Part shown: piece after piece, positions 25,551 to 38,367 of the stretch
How the letters are laid out: the number at the start of each line of letters is the position of its first letter
Position numbering within the stretch: position 1 is the stretch's first letter
NCBI GenBank assembly: GCA_951406725.2
Contig: OX597826.1
Location: 37,262,001 to 37,326,000, forward strand
Length of the DNA: 64,000 nucleotides
Direction of reading: 5' to 3'
Source of the DNA: Octopus vulgaris
Lineage: Eukaryota
Notes under the pieces: generated by a model
The model's input: the letters and a program-made list of their open reading frames with translations, nothing else
Database searches by the model: none
Told to the model about the DNA's origin: nothing
Program-made: the position numbers and the translations under genes

Positions 25551-25989
25551 AAACGGGGTTATAATATTACAATTTAAAGATTTAAGAAATCTATACTAAA
25601 ATGGGAGCATTCTAACAGAAGCGTTGTATACTTACTTTTGATAAACATAAGCATGATTAATAATTCAAAGTAATAAATAATTATATATAGTTGTTTTTCA
25701 AAATGGATTATCTTAAACAGCGTCTAATTCATCATATCAGACAACGTCTAAATCTTAAATGCCAGTACCTGGGAGACACAAATTTAGAGAACCAGCAGAT
25801 CAAACCAACAGTTTTGCATGAAAATTTGATCAAGTGTCTATTATATAGTATTTTAAAAAACGAAGTGTAACATTAAATATTTGTGTCGACTTTACTATTA
25901 AACATATACAGATACGGTCCACAAATATAAATCATCGCATCTATGTGGATGACATTTATATATTGCCAAAGGATAAAACTTAATTAGAG

Positions 25990-27560
25990 AATCTACTAAA
26001 TATTATTCCGCATGCTTTGGTGGAGAGGAAGTACATCAGAAATAAAATCAACAATAGCCCGAAACGATTACACAAATACATTTGTTGAAGTATATGTGAA
26101 TGTGAAGAGCGAAATATGGTCAACACTTTGAGTCGCTTGCCAATATCACCACCTTCTGCACAGTTCTTGAGAAATCCGTATATATGACGGATCAACGTCA
26201 GTTGTTTTAACGCTAATTGACCTCTTCAAGTGGACGACTCTATCGAAGGCTTCGGATTCGTTCAAATATATTAGAATCAGCACGTTTTCTTCTATAAATT
26301 ATTGCAGGAGATGGATGGGAGGACGAATAGATCTGCTGGGGAAAATGCATATCCGTGTGCCCCTCACTGCATTAGCACAGCCACAGACGACTAGCATTTT
26401 CAGGAATACATAGGTCAACATCTTTCACTCGGCCAACATTAGAGTTATGGATCTGAAATAATTGCTGATGTTCTCTTTGATCGTGTCTTTCTTCAGCTGC
26501 CACACACTCCCAGATTAACGCACTTGCTATTAACGCACCAGTTTGAACACAGGTCTACAAAAGAAGAGGCGATGTTATAGATCCATGAAGCTCGAAAGTA
26601 TGTCATCAGATGTATACAATTTCCCTTTGTACACGTGCCATCATAACCTTTGCTGCTATTAAATTTTTTACCTTGTCTGTTGAGAACTGCGACTAATCGT
26701 TGGGGAATTAATGACCAACGGCTCTAACTCACCAGAGCAGCCAACAGTTGAGCCAAATACTGCTGGAATACGCCTGCTTTTAATCAGACCGAAATATCTG
26801 CGCTTCTATGGTCTTTTAAATAATTAATTGCCACTATTTCAATGATGAATTCATACCAACCAGACACGCCGCATGACTTTCGCACTATCTTATTATTTTA
26901 GTCATTAAAATAGCTAACTGCTAATTTCAAATCAAGTTTTCTGATCTCGTATTTAACTCACATATTCTTTTTATCTCAATATATGAATTCTACTCCAAGA
27001 GCGCTTTTCAGCTGTACACTTCACAGTTTTTGTCTATATTTCTCCGCAGCTATGGCTGCCCCAATCAGTTTGCTAACCTGGTTGCTGTAGGCGATTATAT
27101 CGGCAATTCTGATTTCAATAATCAGAAGCGTCTATATAATTCTAACCCAAGTTGACTATGCAGATCACAACCTTGCAGTGTGTGTATCCACCCAGTATTT
27201 ATTTTTTACAGTCTATTTATTCTTATCCACTGGCCTAACAAACAATGTATCTAGATAACATACGAGACGGTACGCCTTTTCTGAATTCATATTAGGAAAA
27301 TCAAGAAATTTAGTCCGGAGGTGTCGACATTTAGGATATCTCCTAACAAACATTCACAGACCATCTTAGTATATGTTGAACGAATAAATCTATCCACCCC
27401 AGTTGCACTAACAGATGCAAAATATGCAGGGATGCCTAAATGCAGAAGTAGGCTTTGTATAAATTCATTGTAGAATATTAGGTTCATTTCCAACTAATTA
27501 TAACGTCGGGAAAAGTTGGACATCGCAGCAGACAAACAAATGCTCCAGAAACGTCCTCAC
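25990..27560 (-). pseudogene. Decayed L1/Tx1-type LINE ORF2 (APE endonuclease end through RT N-terminal domains)
   Basis: Minus-strand motifs in the expected order with stops and frameshifts: YLDTLFVR, GYTHCKVV (YTDHK), ENISNY-RSITLM...KML (NYRPITLL..KIL), P.RSI, LIYLNESEAFDRVVH (LDQSKAFDRVDH). Confidence 0.7.
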
Positions 27561-27995
27561 AGTGCGTATTATGAGAATGCAACTTTTCATATAATACACT
27601 TTCTTTTAAATCTTGCCTCTAAACATTCCGTATGAAATAGCGACAACCAATATTTTATGTCGATATTACATGTAATAAAATAACGATAACAACAATAACA
27701 ATAATAATATCAGCAACGACGAGAATAGCAAACCTTTCTGACATTGATATAAATACAGACATTATCTGGATGAGAGTAACGTCATTAAATGCATTTGTGT
27801 CCTCGAACAAGATTTCATGAAAACTCTAATAGATGAAAAGCAAAGTCACTCTCGGAGGATTTCAATAATCACAATGTAAGGAAAGAGAAATGAATACTAC
27901 AAAGAATTATATGTGACATTCAAAAGTACAAATCCAACACGTATGTACGTGTGTGTGTATGTGTGTATGTTGTGTGTATGTGTGTTTGTGTACAT

Positions 27996-28829
27996 ACAGC
28001 ATTTCGGATTAAATTTGACAATGTTTTGTCTCCTTTTTCCAGGATTGTATTGATGAACAGTTAATGACGTTGATGGTGGGGGATAAAAAACTGTAGCTTA
28101 GAAAAATTGAAATGATATACAGGGCTGGATGTCATCGAAATATTGGAAGAGAATTTCCTTCATCAGGGTGATGCCCGCCTGGTATCAAAATGCCGACATC
28201 ATGACTGCTGTTCAATGATCTGTGAACACTAGTAAGGGGTGGAATACGCAACATGGACATCATGGTTATCAAATTTTCACAAACTGCAACGGATTTGGAG
28301 TATGTCTCTAGTGAAGTCATGCCACTCACATCTTTGAACAGGGTCTTAGACTCAATTCTGCTGGAGACTTTGGTCAATCCCTGGCTGAAGAGGATTGCTG
28401 CTGGAAGGACATATGTATGGCAGCAGGATTTGGCTCCTTGTCATACCTCTGGAAAGAATCACACATCTTGTCGGAGGATTTCTACAACAACTCCAACCCC
28501 AATTTCTGGCTTCTTAATTTTCCTGGTGTCAATCCATTGGCTTACTATGTGTGAGACGCTAGCCGTTCTGCATGCAGCACCAAGGCCGAAGTGATGGCCC
28601 CGATCAAGCAGGTGTTCGATGATTTCCCCAGGTACACAGTGAGGAAAGCATGCGCTAGGTTCCGAAGCTGTCTTGAGGCCTTAGTGTAAAGTAAAATAAC
28701 AATAACACTTTGAGTATCCCCCAGCCACAATCGCCTTTTTTTTTTTTTACTTTCGAAAATACTTATATTTTTTCATGGGATATTGTGTTAACTTTCCCAA
28801 ACAGTCATATTTCGCCCAAACACATCGTA
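27996..28829 (+). mobile_element. Internally deleted maT-type (DD37D) Tc1/mariner transposon remnant
   Basis: VNPWLKRIAAGRTYVWQQDLAPCHTS then, after one frameshift, FWLLNFPGVNPLAYYV (WPPNSPDxNPLDYYVW). 37 residues lie between the last two catalytic positions. Weak terminal inverted similarity. Confidence 0.8.
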
Positions 28830-29061
28830 TGTATGTTTCTAAAGTGGGAAAAATATGCAATTCAAAAGCTGAGTTCAGCTAAACCGGGTCAAGGTCACTT
28901 AAATGGGATAAGTTGTCTTATACAAAAAAAGAAAAAAAGAAAATGACTTTTAGCCGTAAAATCGAAGACGGGATATACTAAAAGGATTTTCTATATTTAA
29001 CACTCCAACTTTCAGCTTATATTTCTTTGTTCCCTTTCATTCAATCTTTTGTCTGTTATCA

Positions 29062-29535
29062 TTATTTTTTACTTGATTCAATCATTAAAGTGCGATCATG
29101 CCTAAGCACCGGCTTCAAGAATTTCTACTCAAACGAATCCACCTCAATAGCTGATATTTAAGGTCTGGTACGTATTCTAACCGTCTCTTTTGCAGAACTG
29201 CTAAGCTATGGGGTCTACCAAAAAGGTAAACACTATTTGTCAAGCAGTGGTGGATAAACACAGACACAGAGACATACACATACACGCACGCACGCACACA
29301 CATGCACGCACGCGCGCACATACACACTCACACGCACATGCACACACGCACACATATTTATATATTAATAGGTATACGACGAGCGTATTTCAGTTTCTGC
29401 TCAGCAAATCCGCTCACAACGCTTTGCCTGAGGCTATAGGAAAAAAAACACTTCTCCAAGTTGCTACACAGTGGAACCGAACCCGGAACCATGTTGTTGA
29501 GAAGCATGCTTCTTACCACACACCCACACCGGCTC
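29062..29535 (-). mobile_element. Older SINE family A copy
   Basis: CAGTTTC...CAAATCCGCTCACAACGCTTTG...GAGGCTATAG...GAACCCGGAACCATG...TCTTACCACAC. Confidence 0.8.
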
Positions 29536-29850
29536 GTGTATGTTTACTTATCTGATATATGTGAAACTCACCTTAAAAATATGTACACCAATATAACTTC
29601 CCAATTGAACTTTGATACGAAAGCATTTATATTGTGAAAACCGATGCTGATATATATAAACAGAGAATAAAATTATTCTCACTTATGTTAAAAATTTAAT
29701 CTTGTTTTAATTTCAAACACACACACATACACACACTTATCGACTGAGGCATTTGCAACTTTTCTCAGTATTTCCCATAAACAATTCGTTTCAATATGAA
29801 TACTGCTGTCATCTCGCATAGAGATTTTCTTGACTAGCTAGTTTGCTTCT

Positions 29851-29882
<32 letters not shown>

Positions 29883-30995
29883 CATACATACATACATACA
29901 TACATACATACATACATGTACGTATGTATGTATGTACGTATACCTTACCTTAACTGTTTCGCGAAGCAGTTGTGGTGAGGCAGTAGCTTTTACCAAATAC
30001 ACTAAAAATATCGCTCTATAATGTGTTATATGATATAATACAGATTTTTGGTTTCGGTTTCATGGACAGATTATCCGCTTTTCTATCTCTTCAGTTTTTA
30101 ATGTTTGCAGAAACCCAATAAATGACAGCTTATACTCAATATCAACACACATCCCGTAGCACTTTGTCCTGGCGGGTCATGAAACGTTCAATACAAGTAT
30201 AATACAATATAAATAAACCAATATTTCATTGACCTCAGTGCTGAAATTATTGAGATCCCTCAGGTATTGACAGCCAATACAGTATTGGTTGTCAACGAAA
30301 TTGGCCGCAAGGTCAAGATAAGGAACAGAATGTAAAAATAAATGTGAAGAAGAAATATCTGTATGAGTATGATACCTGCCTAAGTATATGTTGTTGTGAG
30401 CGTGTTTGAGAGTCTGTGTGTGTGTGTCCGTGTTTGTGCGATTAATAATTCGACTATATCGAAAGAAGCGTTTGCGAAAGTGTATGATTACGGTGGAGAG
30501 AAACCGTGTGAATTTATATTATATAATCGTTGGTGAATAGAAGTTCAGATTAACCTGATGAGTAAAAATTCTACTTTCACAATAAAAAACCTAACGAGTA
30601 CGGGAGGTTTCGATGTTGAAAAACGCATACTTGCATATATACACACATACATATATACATATATAGATATATAGATACATAGATAGATAGATAGATACAT
30701 ACATACATACATACATACATACATACATGGAAGCATGGACACATACATATACACAAATGCAGACACATATACGTATGCGTATGCACTTGTTATTTATATA
30801 TATATACGTGTATGCAGGTGTGTATGTGTACGTAAATGTATGCATGTACATATGTGTGTGTGTATGTGTGTATGTATGTATATGTACATATATATATATG
30901 TGTGTGTGTGTGTGTTTGTGTGTGTGTATGTGTGAATGCGCTCAGATAACCGACCTAATGGACATATATATGTATGCATATATTTATATATATTT

Positions 30996-31058
<63 letters not shown>

Positions 31059-31099
31059 TGTATATATGTATGTATGTATGTATCGTATTCTGTATTTGC

Positions 31100-32205
31100 A
31101 GGGTATCTCCACAAATGGAGAGAGGATTATAGAGGGAAGGCGCGGTATTTACGTTTCTCGGAGGTTTAGGCTTATCCGTCTCCAAAGTGGAAGAGCATGC
31201 TATAGTTAATTTCTCGAACGTTGTCTCAGATTTGAATATGGGTGTATACCAACCGTACAATAGATACAATGACAACCTTAATTATGTCGGCCTTAACAGT
31301 AATCCCCCCAAAAGAATAACGGATTCATAGGGAACTCACATCTCGAGTCTCTCAGTGAATGAGGAGATATTTAGAAGAAATGAAGAATATTAAAACAATG
31401 TGTTAGAAGGAGCAGGATATAAGAGAAGATGGGCATATAGAACCGAGAACCAAGCTGCGATGGTTACAAATCTAAATAGCTCTATATGTACAGTAGTTAA
31501 TAAGTGAAGGATCAGAAAATAACTCATATAACACCCATAAGAATAGAGTGAAACTAGGAGAAGCAGCTCGGGGTAGCTACAAAGGCATTAAAGCGCGCAT
31601 CTTAAACTAAAAATATATTTAAACCCCCTAGTAAAAGTGAAACTATTAGCAGAAACAATAAAATGCCAGACGTTAGAGATAAGAAAAAAACCCTTTGGCA
31701 ATAGGAATATGCTCAGTATTGCTAATGCTAATAAGGGTAATAATAGGAAATTCTAGGATAAACACTGCGGTAAAATGATTTTCGCTTATATTGCTAAAGC
31801 TACTCCTTATAATTAAAGAAATACCCAAGATAGAAATAATAGTTTGAGGGCTTCATTGTGGTATAATGCAATATTCGGTAGGCAAATGGCTTCTAATATT
31901 CGAAGGAAATATTTTAATGCCATTGATAAACAGTTTCCTAAATCGAACAAATACAATAAAATCTTTAATAGGCAAAATATCAGATTGGCATTTTCCACAA
32001 GCAACAACTACGCACAAATTATAGCAGCGTACAATATTTGTAGACTGCCTGAATTTCAGAACGCTGGAGAAAGAAATATAGTAGCGAGTAGAAATAGTTT
32101 TAATAGCTTATACTTTGCGGAAAGAGACCCTGTGAGAGCGGACAGCAGGTATCTGTCCGCTCTCACAGAATCTACAAGACAAAAAAAAACGAACCTACTA
32201 AGAAG
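31100..32205 (+). pseudogene. Penelope-like element fragment (RT thumb and linker before GIY-YIG), with in-frame stops
   Basis: From 31142: LGLSVS..IVNFSNVVSDLNMGVYQPYNRYNDNLNYVGLNSNPP..ISSLSVNEEIF..AGY. ORF 31844: LWYNAIFGRQMASNIRRKYFNAIDKQFPKSNKYNKIFNRQNIRLAFST (WFNPPF..TNIGK.F..IDKHFP...KIFNR). Confidence 0.85.
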
Positions 32206-32252
32206 TAAAATAACAACAACAACAACAACAACAATAATAATAATAGATGCAG

Positions 32253-32779
32253 TAATGCCCTGATGCAGTACCAGGCAGTGGCTCTCATGGCTTCTGATCT
32301 TAACTGATTGGAAGTGTTATCATGTACATTGTTTTGTCTTGGTATAAAAGATGGGCTACAGCAAATATTCTGCTCAATACCACAGATTTGCTTGTCAGTT
32401 GTTTGACCTTAACCAGTTGAGCATGTACCTTAGTGGCTGACGATATGTGCATCTCTGATCACGAGCAGAAGTAGTGGGGGAGCATCATAGCCATGTGTTG
32501 AGAAGGATTCTTTGGGGTTTGAATAATTCACCTCTGGAAACATGGGTGTTTCGTTCAACGTCTTTAAACAACCCTTATTCAGGGACCATTTGAGCAGGAT
32601 GGATTACTCGATCTGAAGAAAATTCTAACTGGGCTCCACCTGCAAGGTCATGTGCTGTTTATAAGAGATCACCATGTCGCGCACATATGGTTGTGATGCA
32701 TGTGCCTGGTGTACCCTTATCAGCGCTTCGTATATTTTACCCCAGTGTCACTTTGATGGCATGCTCTGCTCGCTCACTC
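32253..32779 (+). mobile_element. Family C retroposon, copy 2, flanked on both sides by (AAT/AAC)n
   Basis: Colinear with 1091-1609 and starts at the same position (CCTGATGCAGTACCA). Confidence 0.88.
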
Positions 32780-32909
<130 letters not shown>

Positions 32910-32910
32910 A

Positions 32911-33387
32911 TTGTTTTGTCTTGGTATAAAAGATGGACTACAGCAAATATTCTGCTCAACAACACAGATTTGCTTGACCTTAACCATTCTGCTCAATACC
33001 ACAGAGTTGCTTGACCTCAACCAGTTGAGCAGCTGCCTTAGTTACTGATGATATACGCATCTCTAATCACGAGCAGAAGTAGTGGGGGAATATCATAGCC
33101 ATGTGTTGAGAAGAATTCTTTAGGGGTTGACTAATTTACTTCTGAAAATATGTGTGTTTTGATGAACATCATTAAAAAACCCTTATTCAAGGACCTTTTT
33201 CTAACTGGGCCTCACCTGCAAGGTCATGTGCTGTTTATCTTGATATGAGATCACTATGTCACGCAAATATCGTTGTGATGCCTTTTCCTGGTGTACCCCT
33301 ATCAGATGGGTAGTAATGATGGGTATACTGGGCTTCGCATATTTGTAACTCAGTGTCACTTGGATGATATATACTGCTCTCTCACTC
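32911..33387 (+). mobile_element. Family C retroposon, copy 3, 5'-truncated with a small internal duplication
   Basis: Starts at TTGTTTTGTCTTGG; ATTCTGCTCAA...CACAGA...TTGACCT occurs twice; ends CTCTCACTC(AAT)n. Confidence 0.85.
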
Positions 33388-33426
<39 letters not shown>

Positions 33427-33427
33427 C

Positions 33428-33634
33428 AACCTTCCTATTATAGACACAAAGACTGACATTTGGGGAACATTAGATTATATTGAACCTAGTGCGTAACTGA
33501 TACTTAGTTCATCGACCCCGAAAGGATGAAAGGCAAAGTCGACCTCGGTGGAATTTGAACTCAGAACGTAGCGGCAGATGAAATAACGCTAAGCTTTTTG
33601 CCGGGTATGCCAACGATTCTGCCAGCTCGCCGGC

Positions 33635-33635
<1 letters not shown>
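33428..33635 (-). mobile_element. tRNA-derived SINE family M (Meta-domain-like), best copy in the window
   Basis: Minus strand GGCGAGCTGGCAGAATCG...GAGTTCAAATTCC...GCCTTTCATCCTTTCGGGGTCGATGAACTAAGTATCAG. The Meta-domain assignment is from recall. Confidence 0.8.
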
Positions 33636-33677
<42 letters not shown>

Positions 33678-33681
33678 TAAC

Positions 33682-33740
<59 letters not shown>

Positions 33741-34673
33741 CAACAACAACAACAACAATATCAAAATCTAAAGCGGTAGTGATGTCGATGTAATACACTA
33801 TAAAGGAACGCTGTATCAATATCAGTAAACATTGACAACAAAGCAAGACGAAGCAAAAACAGAAAACGTCGTGAAAATATTCTCACTCTCTGTCTCTCCC
33901 TCTCTCCCACTCTGTCTTTCTCTCTCCATCTCTTTCTCTCTGTCCCACTCTCTGGAAGCTCTACCTTCCATGTTGTTTGCGATTGTGTACAAACGGAAGA
34001 CTATTTTCTTCTTCACTGTTTCAGCCACTCACATCCGCCACATGTGAACTACATCCTGTTCTGAAGCCTTCAATTTAGAGAAACAACAAAGACTTGAAAC
34101 GAAAAGGTGCACAACATAGATTGAAAGAAAAAAAAAATACTTGAAAAGTAAATTCGATGTTTGTAGAAATAAATTTAAGCACAAAATACATCAAAATACA
34201 TCAAAACTTTGTTCAATTTATTTATTTCATAACTTTTTCAATGGAGTTGTATATTTTTTTCTCACATCCTTCTTTTCCTGTTCTTTTCATTTTTCTACTC
34301 TACAAGTCTTCTGTTTGTAACTAGCAAACTCTGTTTCTTCTCAATCCACTTATTTTAGTCGCTTCTCTTACACTTTCTCCACTTTTGATTCAATAGACTA
34401 TTTTCCTCTTATTTATTTACTTTCTACATTGTTGTCATTTCTTGCCATAAACACAGCTTTATTTTATTCTCTTTATTTCATTTCACGCTCTCTCCATACA
34501 TACACATTCATCCCTTCGTCTCTGTCTGTCTCTCTCTCTCTCTTTCTGTCTCTCTCCCTTGCTCACTCTTTGTCACTTTACTAATAATATGTAACTCTAC
34601 ATCTGTAATTCATTTCTTCCTATTCCTCACTAACTTCATTCTTATGAATATTTCAATTGTATTTTTATAGTCA

Positions 34674-34735
<62 letters not shown>

Positions 34736-34736
34736 G

Positions 34737-34950
34737 CCATGGCCGAATCAATAGAGTATCGTACAAAATACCTCACGGTATTTAATGTTCTACTATGATT
34801 TCAAACCCTGCTAATGTCGACTTTGTCTTTAACATCCCCATGCAACCTGCGATGTTTTCACATCTTACAGTGGAACCAATCGTACTATTGCAGCGAAGGG
34901 GCTCCGATTACAGCGAAATTAACATATATGTTCAATATACGACTGTTGTA
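34737..34950 (+). mobile_element. Very degenerate SINE family M copy
   Basis: TGGCCGAATC...TTCAAACCCTGCTAATGTCGACTTTGTCTTT parallels the family M head. Confidence 0.4.
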
Positions 34951-35047
34951 TCACTATTATACATTTGTAACAAACAATACATACAGTCAATATAATACAC
35001 ATTCGCACGAAAGCCTTCATCCATACGCATACATCCATACACACGTA

Positions 35048-35690
35048 CGTGTTCTGATCAATAAGTATCCGGACTGTTGTCATAGTAATGAAGCTAAAGC
35101 ACAGAGTAAAGCCGCTTGGCACAGATTGAGCTTGAACTCATCTGTGCATAGGCGCTAACTTTTAACGTTCTTGCTCACTTTCGTTGTTTACAGCAGTGCT
35201 TCGAAGGAAGGTGTGTAGTGTGTGACCGTCGCATTGACCATGGCAGAGAAAGTTGAGCAAAGAATCTGCATTAAATCGTCCCAAAGACTGGGCGATATCT
35301 TCCCAGAGTCCTACGCCAATTTTCAAAAGGTTTTCATCGGTCTCAACACAATCAAGATCTTGTGCAACGGAAACCCGAGTGTCCTCTTTGTGGTCAGCTG
35401 AAAGCAGTTTCACACAAACTTGGCAGACACGCGTCTCATACCCAAACCTTAAGTGATAATGGACTGAACCGTAATTAATCTACACATCCTCTGTTAACTT
35501 ATAGATGGGGATTCGACGATCACACGCTACACACGTTCCTTCCAAGCATTGGTGTAAACAGCGGAAGTGCACTAGAACGTTAACACTTAGTGCGCATGCA
35601 CAAAAATATTCAAGGTCAATCTTTACCAAGCGGCTTCACTCTATGTGCTTAAGATTACTTACTGATCAGATACTTATTGATCAGACCTCG
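35048..35690. mobile_element. Non-autonomous mariner derivative made of two 5' ends facing each other (long inverted repeats)
   Basis: Termini CGTGTTCTGATCAATAAGTATC / GATACTTATTGATCAGACCTCG; ~180-bp inverted arms. MAEKVEQRICIK on +; GLGMRRVSAKFV-KLLSADHK..RVSVAQDL on -. Confidence 0.88.
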
Positions 35691-35814
35691 TGTGTGTGTG
35701 TGTGTGTGTGAAAGCATACATAGATACATACATACATACATACATGTCTGTGTGTGTGTATGTATGTATGTATGAATATATATATATATGTGTGTGTGTG
35801 TGTGTATATATATA

Positions 35815-35852
<38 letters not shown>

Positions 35853-35895
35853 CACATATATATATATATATACATACACATATATATATATACAT

Positions 35896-35954
<59 letters not shown>

Positions 35955-36216
35955 ATATATACATATATACATACATATTCGTATTTCAAAGTAAACATAT
36001 GGGTATTTGTGCGTACATAGTAATTTCTATTTCAGAATATATATTTATCAACTTCCACATTTATCGAGAAATATCACAAAATAGAAAGATAGAGAAATGT
36101 ATATGGTCGTTATTTAGAAAGACAGGTAGATATTCAGTATTAAGCTGTTAATTAAAATTTCTATAGGCGGGAGTGGGATAAGCAAGAAATAGACAGGGGA
36201 GAAGGGGAGAGAGAGA

Positions 36217-36264
<48 letters not shown>

Positions 36265-36886
36265 GAGAGGATGGAATTTCTTAGCGCCGTTATCTAATTT
36301 ATTATTTCAGGATTTAAAATGACATGTCATTTAATCATCAGCTAATTCGTAATATTAACGTTGTGTGGAACGAACTGATTGAGTAATTTTGGCTGATGTA
36401 ATATATTTGTTTAGATATTCCTGTTTTGGCAAGAGATTGTCGTAGAGTTACACAAACTCTCTCTTCTCTTACCAATCAGGCGAATCTTGTTTGATTAATG
36501 GTGATTATTTAAGGCGATGGAGTTTTACTGTCCTTCTTTAGCAAACAGACGTTATTTAATCTGTTTCTCTGTCACAGATGTGTCCATATCTTCAATCATT
36601 TATGTTAGTATGAGTACCAACGTTTTGTCGAAATTTAAAAGAAAAATACATTTTTGAATAGAATTTCAAGTTGAAGACGAAAGTAAAATCTACACTTTCA
36701 ACTGAGGTTTAAATTTTGTTTAAAATAAATCATTATGGTATTCGGTTTCATCATCATCACCATCACCATTATGATTTTCATTACGATTAACAAGTATTAT
36801 TTCTTCAACTCAAAGTGTTTCCAAAACATTTACCTTGCGACTCTCAAAGACTTATCTACATGTGTGTAAATATTTTCATTACCCAG

Positions 36887-36973
36887 ACGACACACACAGC
36901 ATTACAAACACAACCAACACACCCACATGCACATTTTCTAACTCCTATTGGGATCAATCAGATACTGGACAAG
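36887..36973 (+). CDS. Candidate 87-bp internal exon of an unidentified gene
   Basis: Acceptor ttttcattacccag, donor AAG|GTATGT, length divisible by 3. Open in phase 0 (TTHTALQ...QILDK) and phase 1 (DTHSITNTTNTPTCTFSNSYWDQSDTGQ). Confidence 0.35.
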
Positions 36974-37135
36974 GTATGTGGAATATTTTCCCGTTTGAGA
37001 GCAATCCAGTTCATTTTTAGTATACTCGTTTGTGACAGCAAAGGATTTTATTTCAGATATTCCCATTTAAAAAAAATCATCTTCAGTTAATCGTTGAGAC
37101 GATATTGGTGGAGATTTGCGCTCTCTGAGTGCTCA

Positions 37136-37234
<99 letters not shown>

Positions 37235-38080
37235 AGGGTTGTTGTTGCTGCTTTTGTTGTATTTCATATTATTAACGCGAGACTTCTACGATTTTATTGG
37301 TCGCAATATTTTTTCACAACATGGCTTCTCCAGATATTCTAGACTCCTATTTATTTTCACGAAGCTCACGAACTACAACAAGTTTGTCATTATGATTAGC
37401 GCAGTAGACAATAGATACACTGTGGTGTCTATCAGATTCAAAGAAATAGAAAACAATTTGCATTAAATGCTATCTAATAACATGCGTAGGAAAACTGTGT
37501 GCATTTGCCACAATATTTAGTGTGATTTACCGAAGAATGGAACGAAAAAAGCCTATGATAATATGCAGAATGAAAAACATTCTGATTGCAGAAGAAAATA
37601 AATGAAGGAACAGGATAAAAGATGAGGAATTGTTTTGATAAGTTCGTCCTCATTGAGAAGATAACAGCAAATTTAATATCAGTGGTGGCGCAGCTAACAT
37701 ATTTTATATGGAAGAACAGATTCAATGTACGTGGCGATCCTCATATATGTATGCATGGGTTGGTAACATACGTGCATGCATATGTCTATATGCACAGACA
37801 CACACCCATATTTACATATATGCATGTGTGTGCGTATGCATATGTGTATGTATGTGCAAGTGTTATAAGTCTTAATTTAATTTCATGCCATACCTATTTC
37901 GTCAGCGTATATCAGTCTACTGAAAACAAGGTAGGGAAAGCACTGTCCTGATGAGGTTTGTTGACGTTGAAACACGTGTCCAAAGCTTTCCTCTTGCCTC
38001 TAGACAATCTTTCGTTTCCTTTATGACATGCCAGTTCTTGGAGAAGTCCTAAGTCTATACATTATTTCTCTTTCCAATAG

Positions 38081-38116
38081 GTGATGGTCACAATTGCGAA
38101 TAAATTATATGTTGGA
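38081..38116 (+). CDS. Candidate 36-bp exon (VMVTIANKLYVG, or a UTR exon)
   Basis: Acceptor ttatttctctttccaatag, donor GGA|GTAAGT. Confidence 0.3.
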
Positions 38117-38218
38117 GTAAGTAGAGATGATTTCAGTAAATAAAGAATTTATTCTGTATGATATTTAATATACTTTCATGTGTGTGTAGATGTGGATATA
38201 TATATGTGTGTGTATGTC

Positions 38219-38270
<52 letters not shown>

Positions 38271-38312
38271 TATGTGTTTTTTTATACATATATATATATA
38301 TATTTATATGTA

Positions 38313-38367
<55 letters not shown>

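Noticed and set aside
36300-36350. CTGATGA followed by a hairpin on the - strand
   Set aside because: GAAA is not adjacent to stem II and there is no stem I/III pairing.
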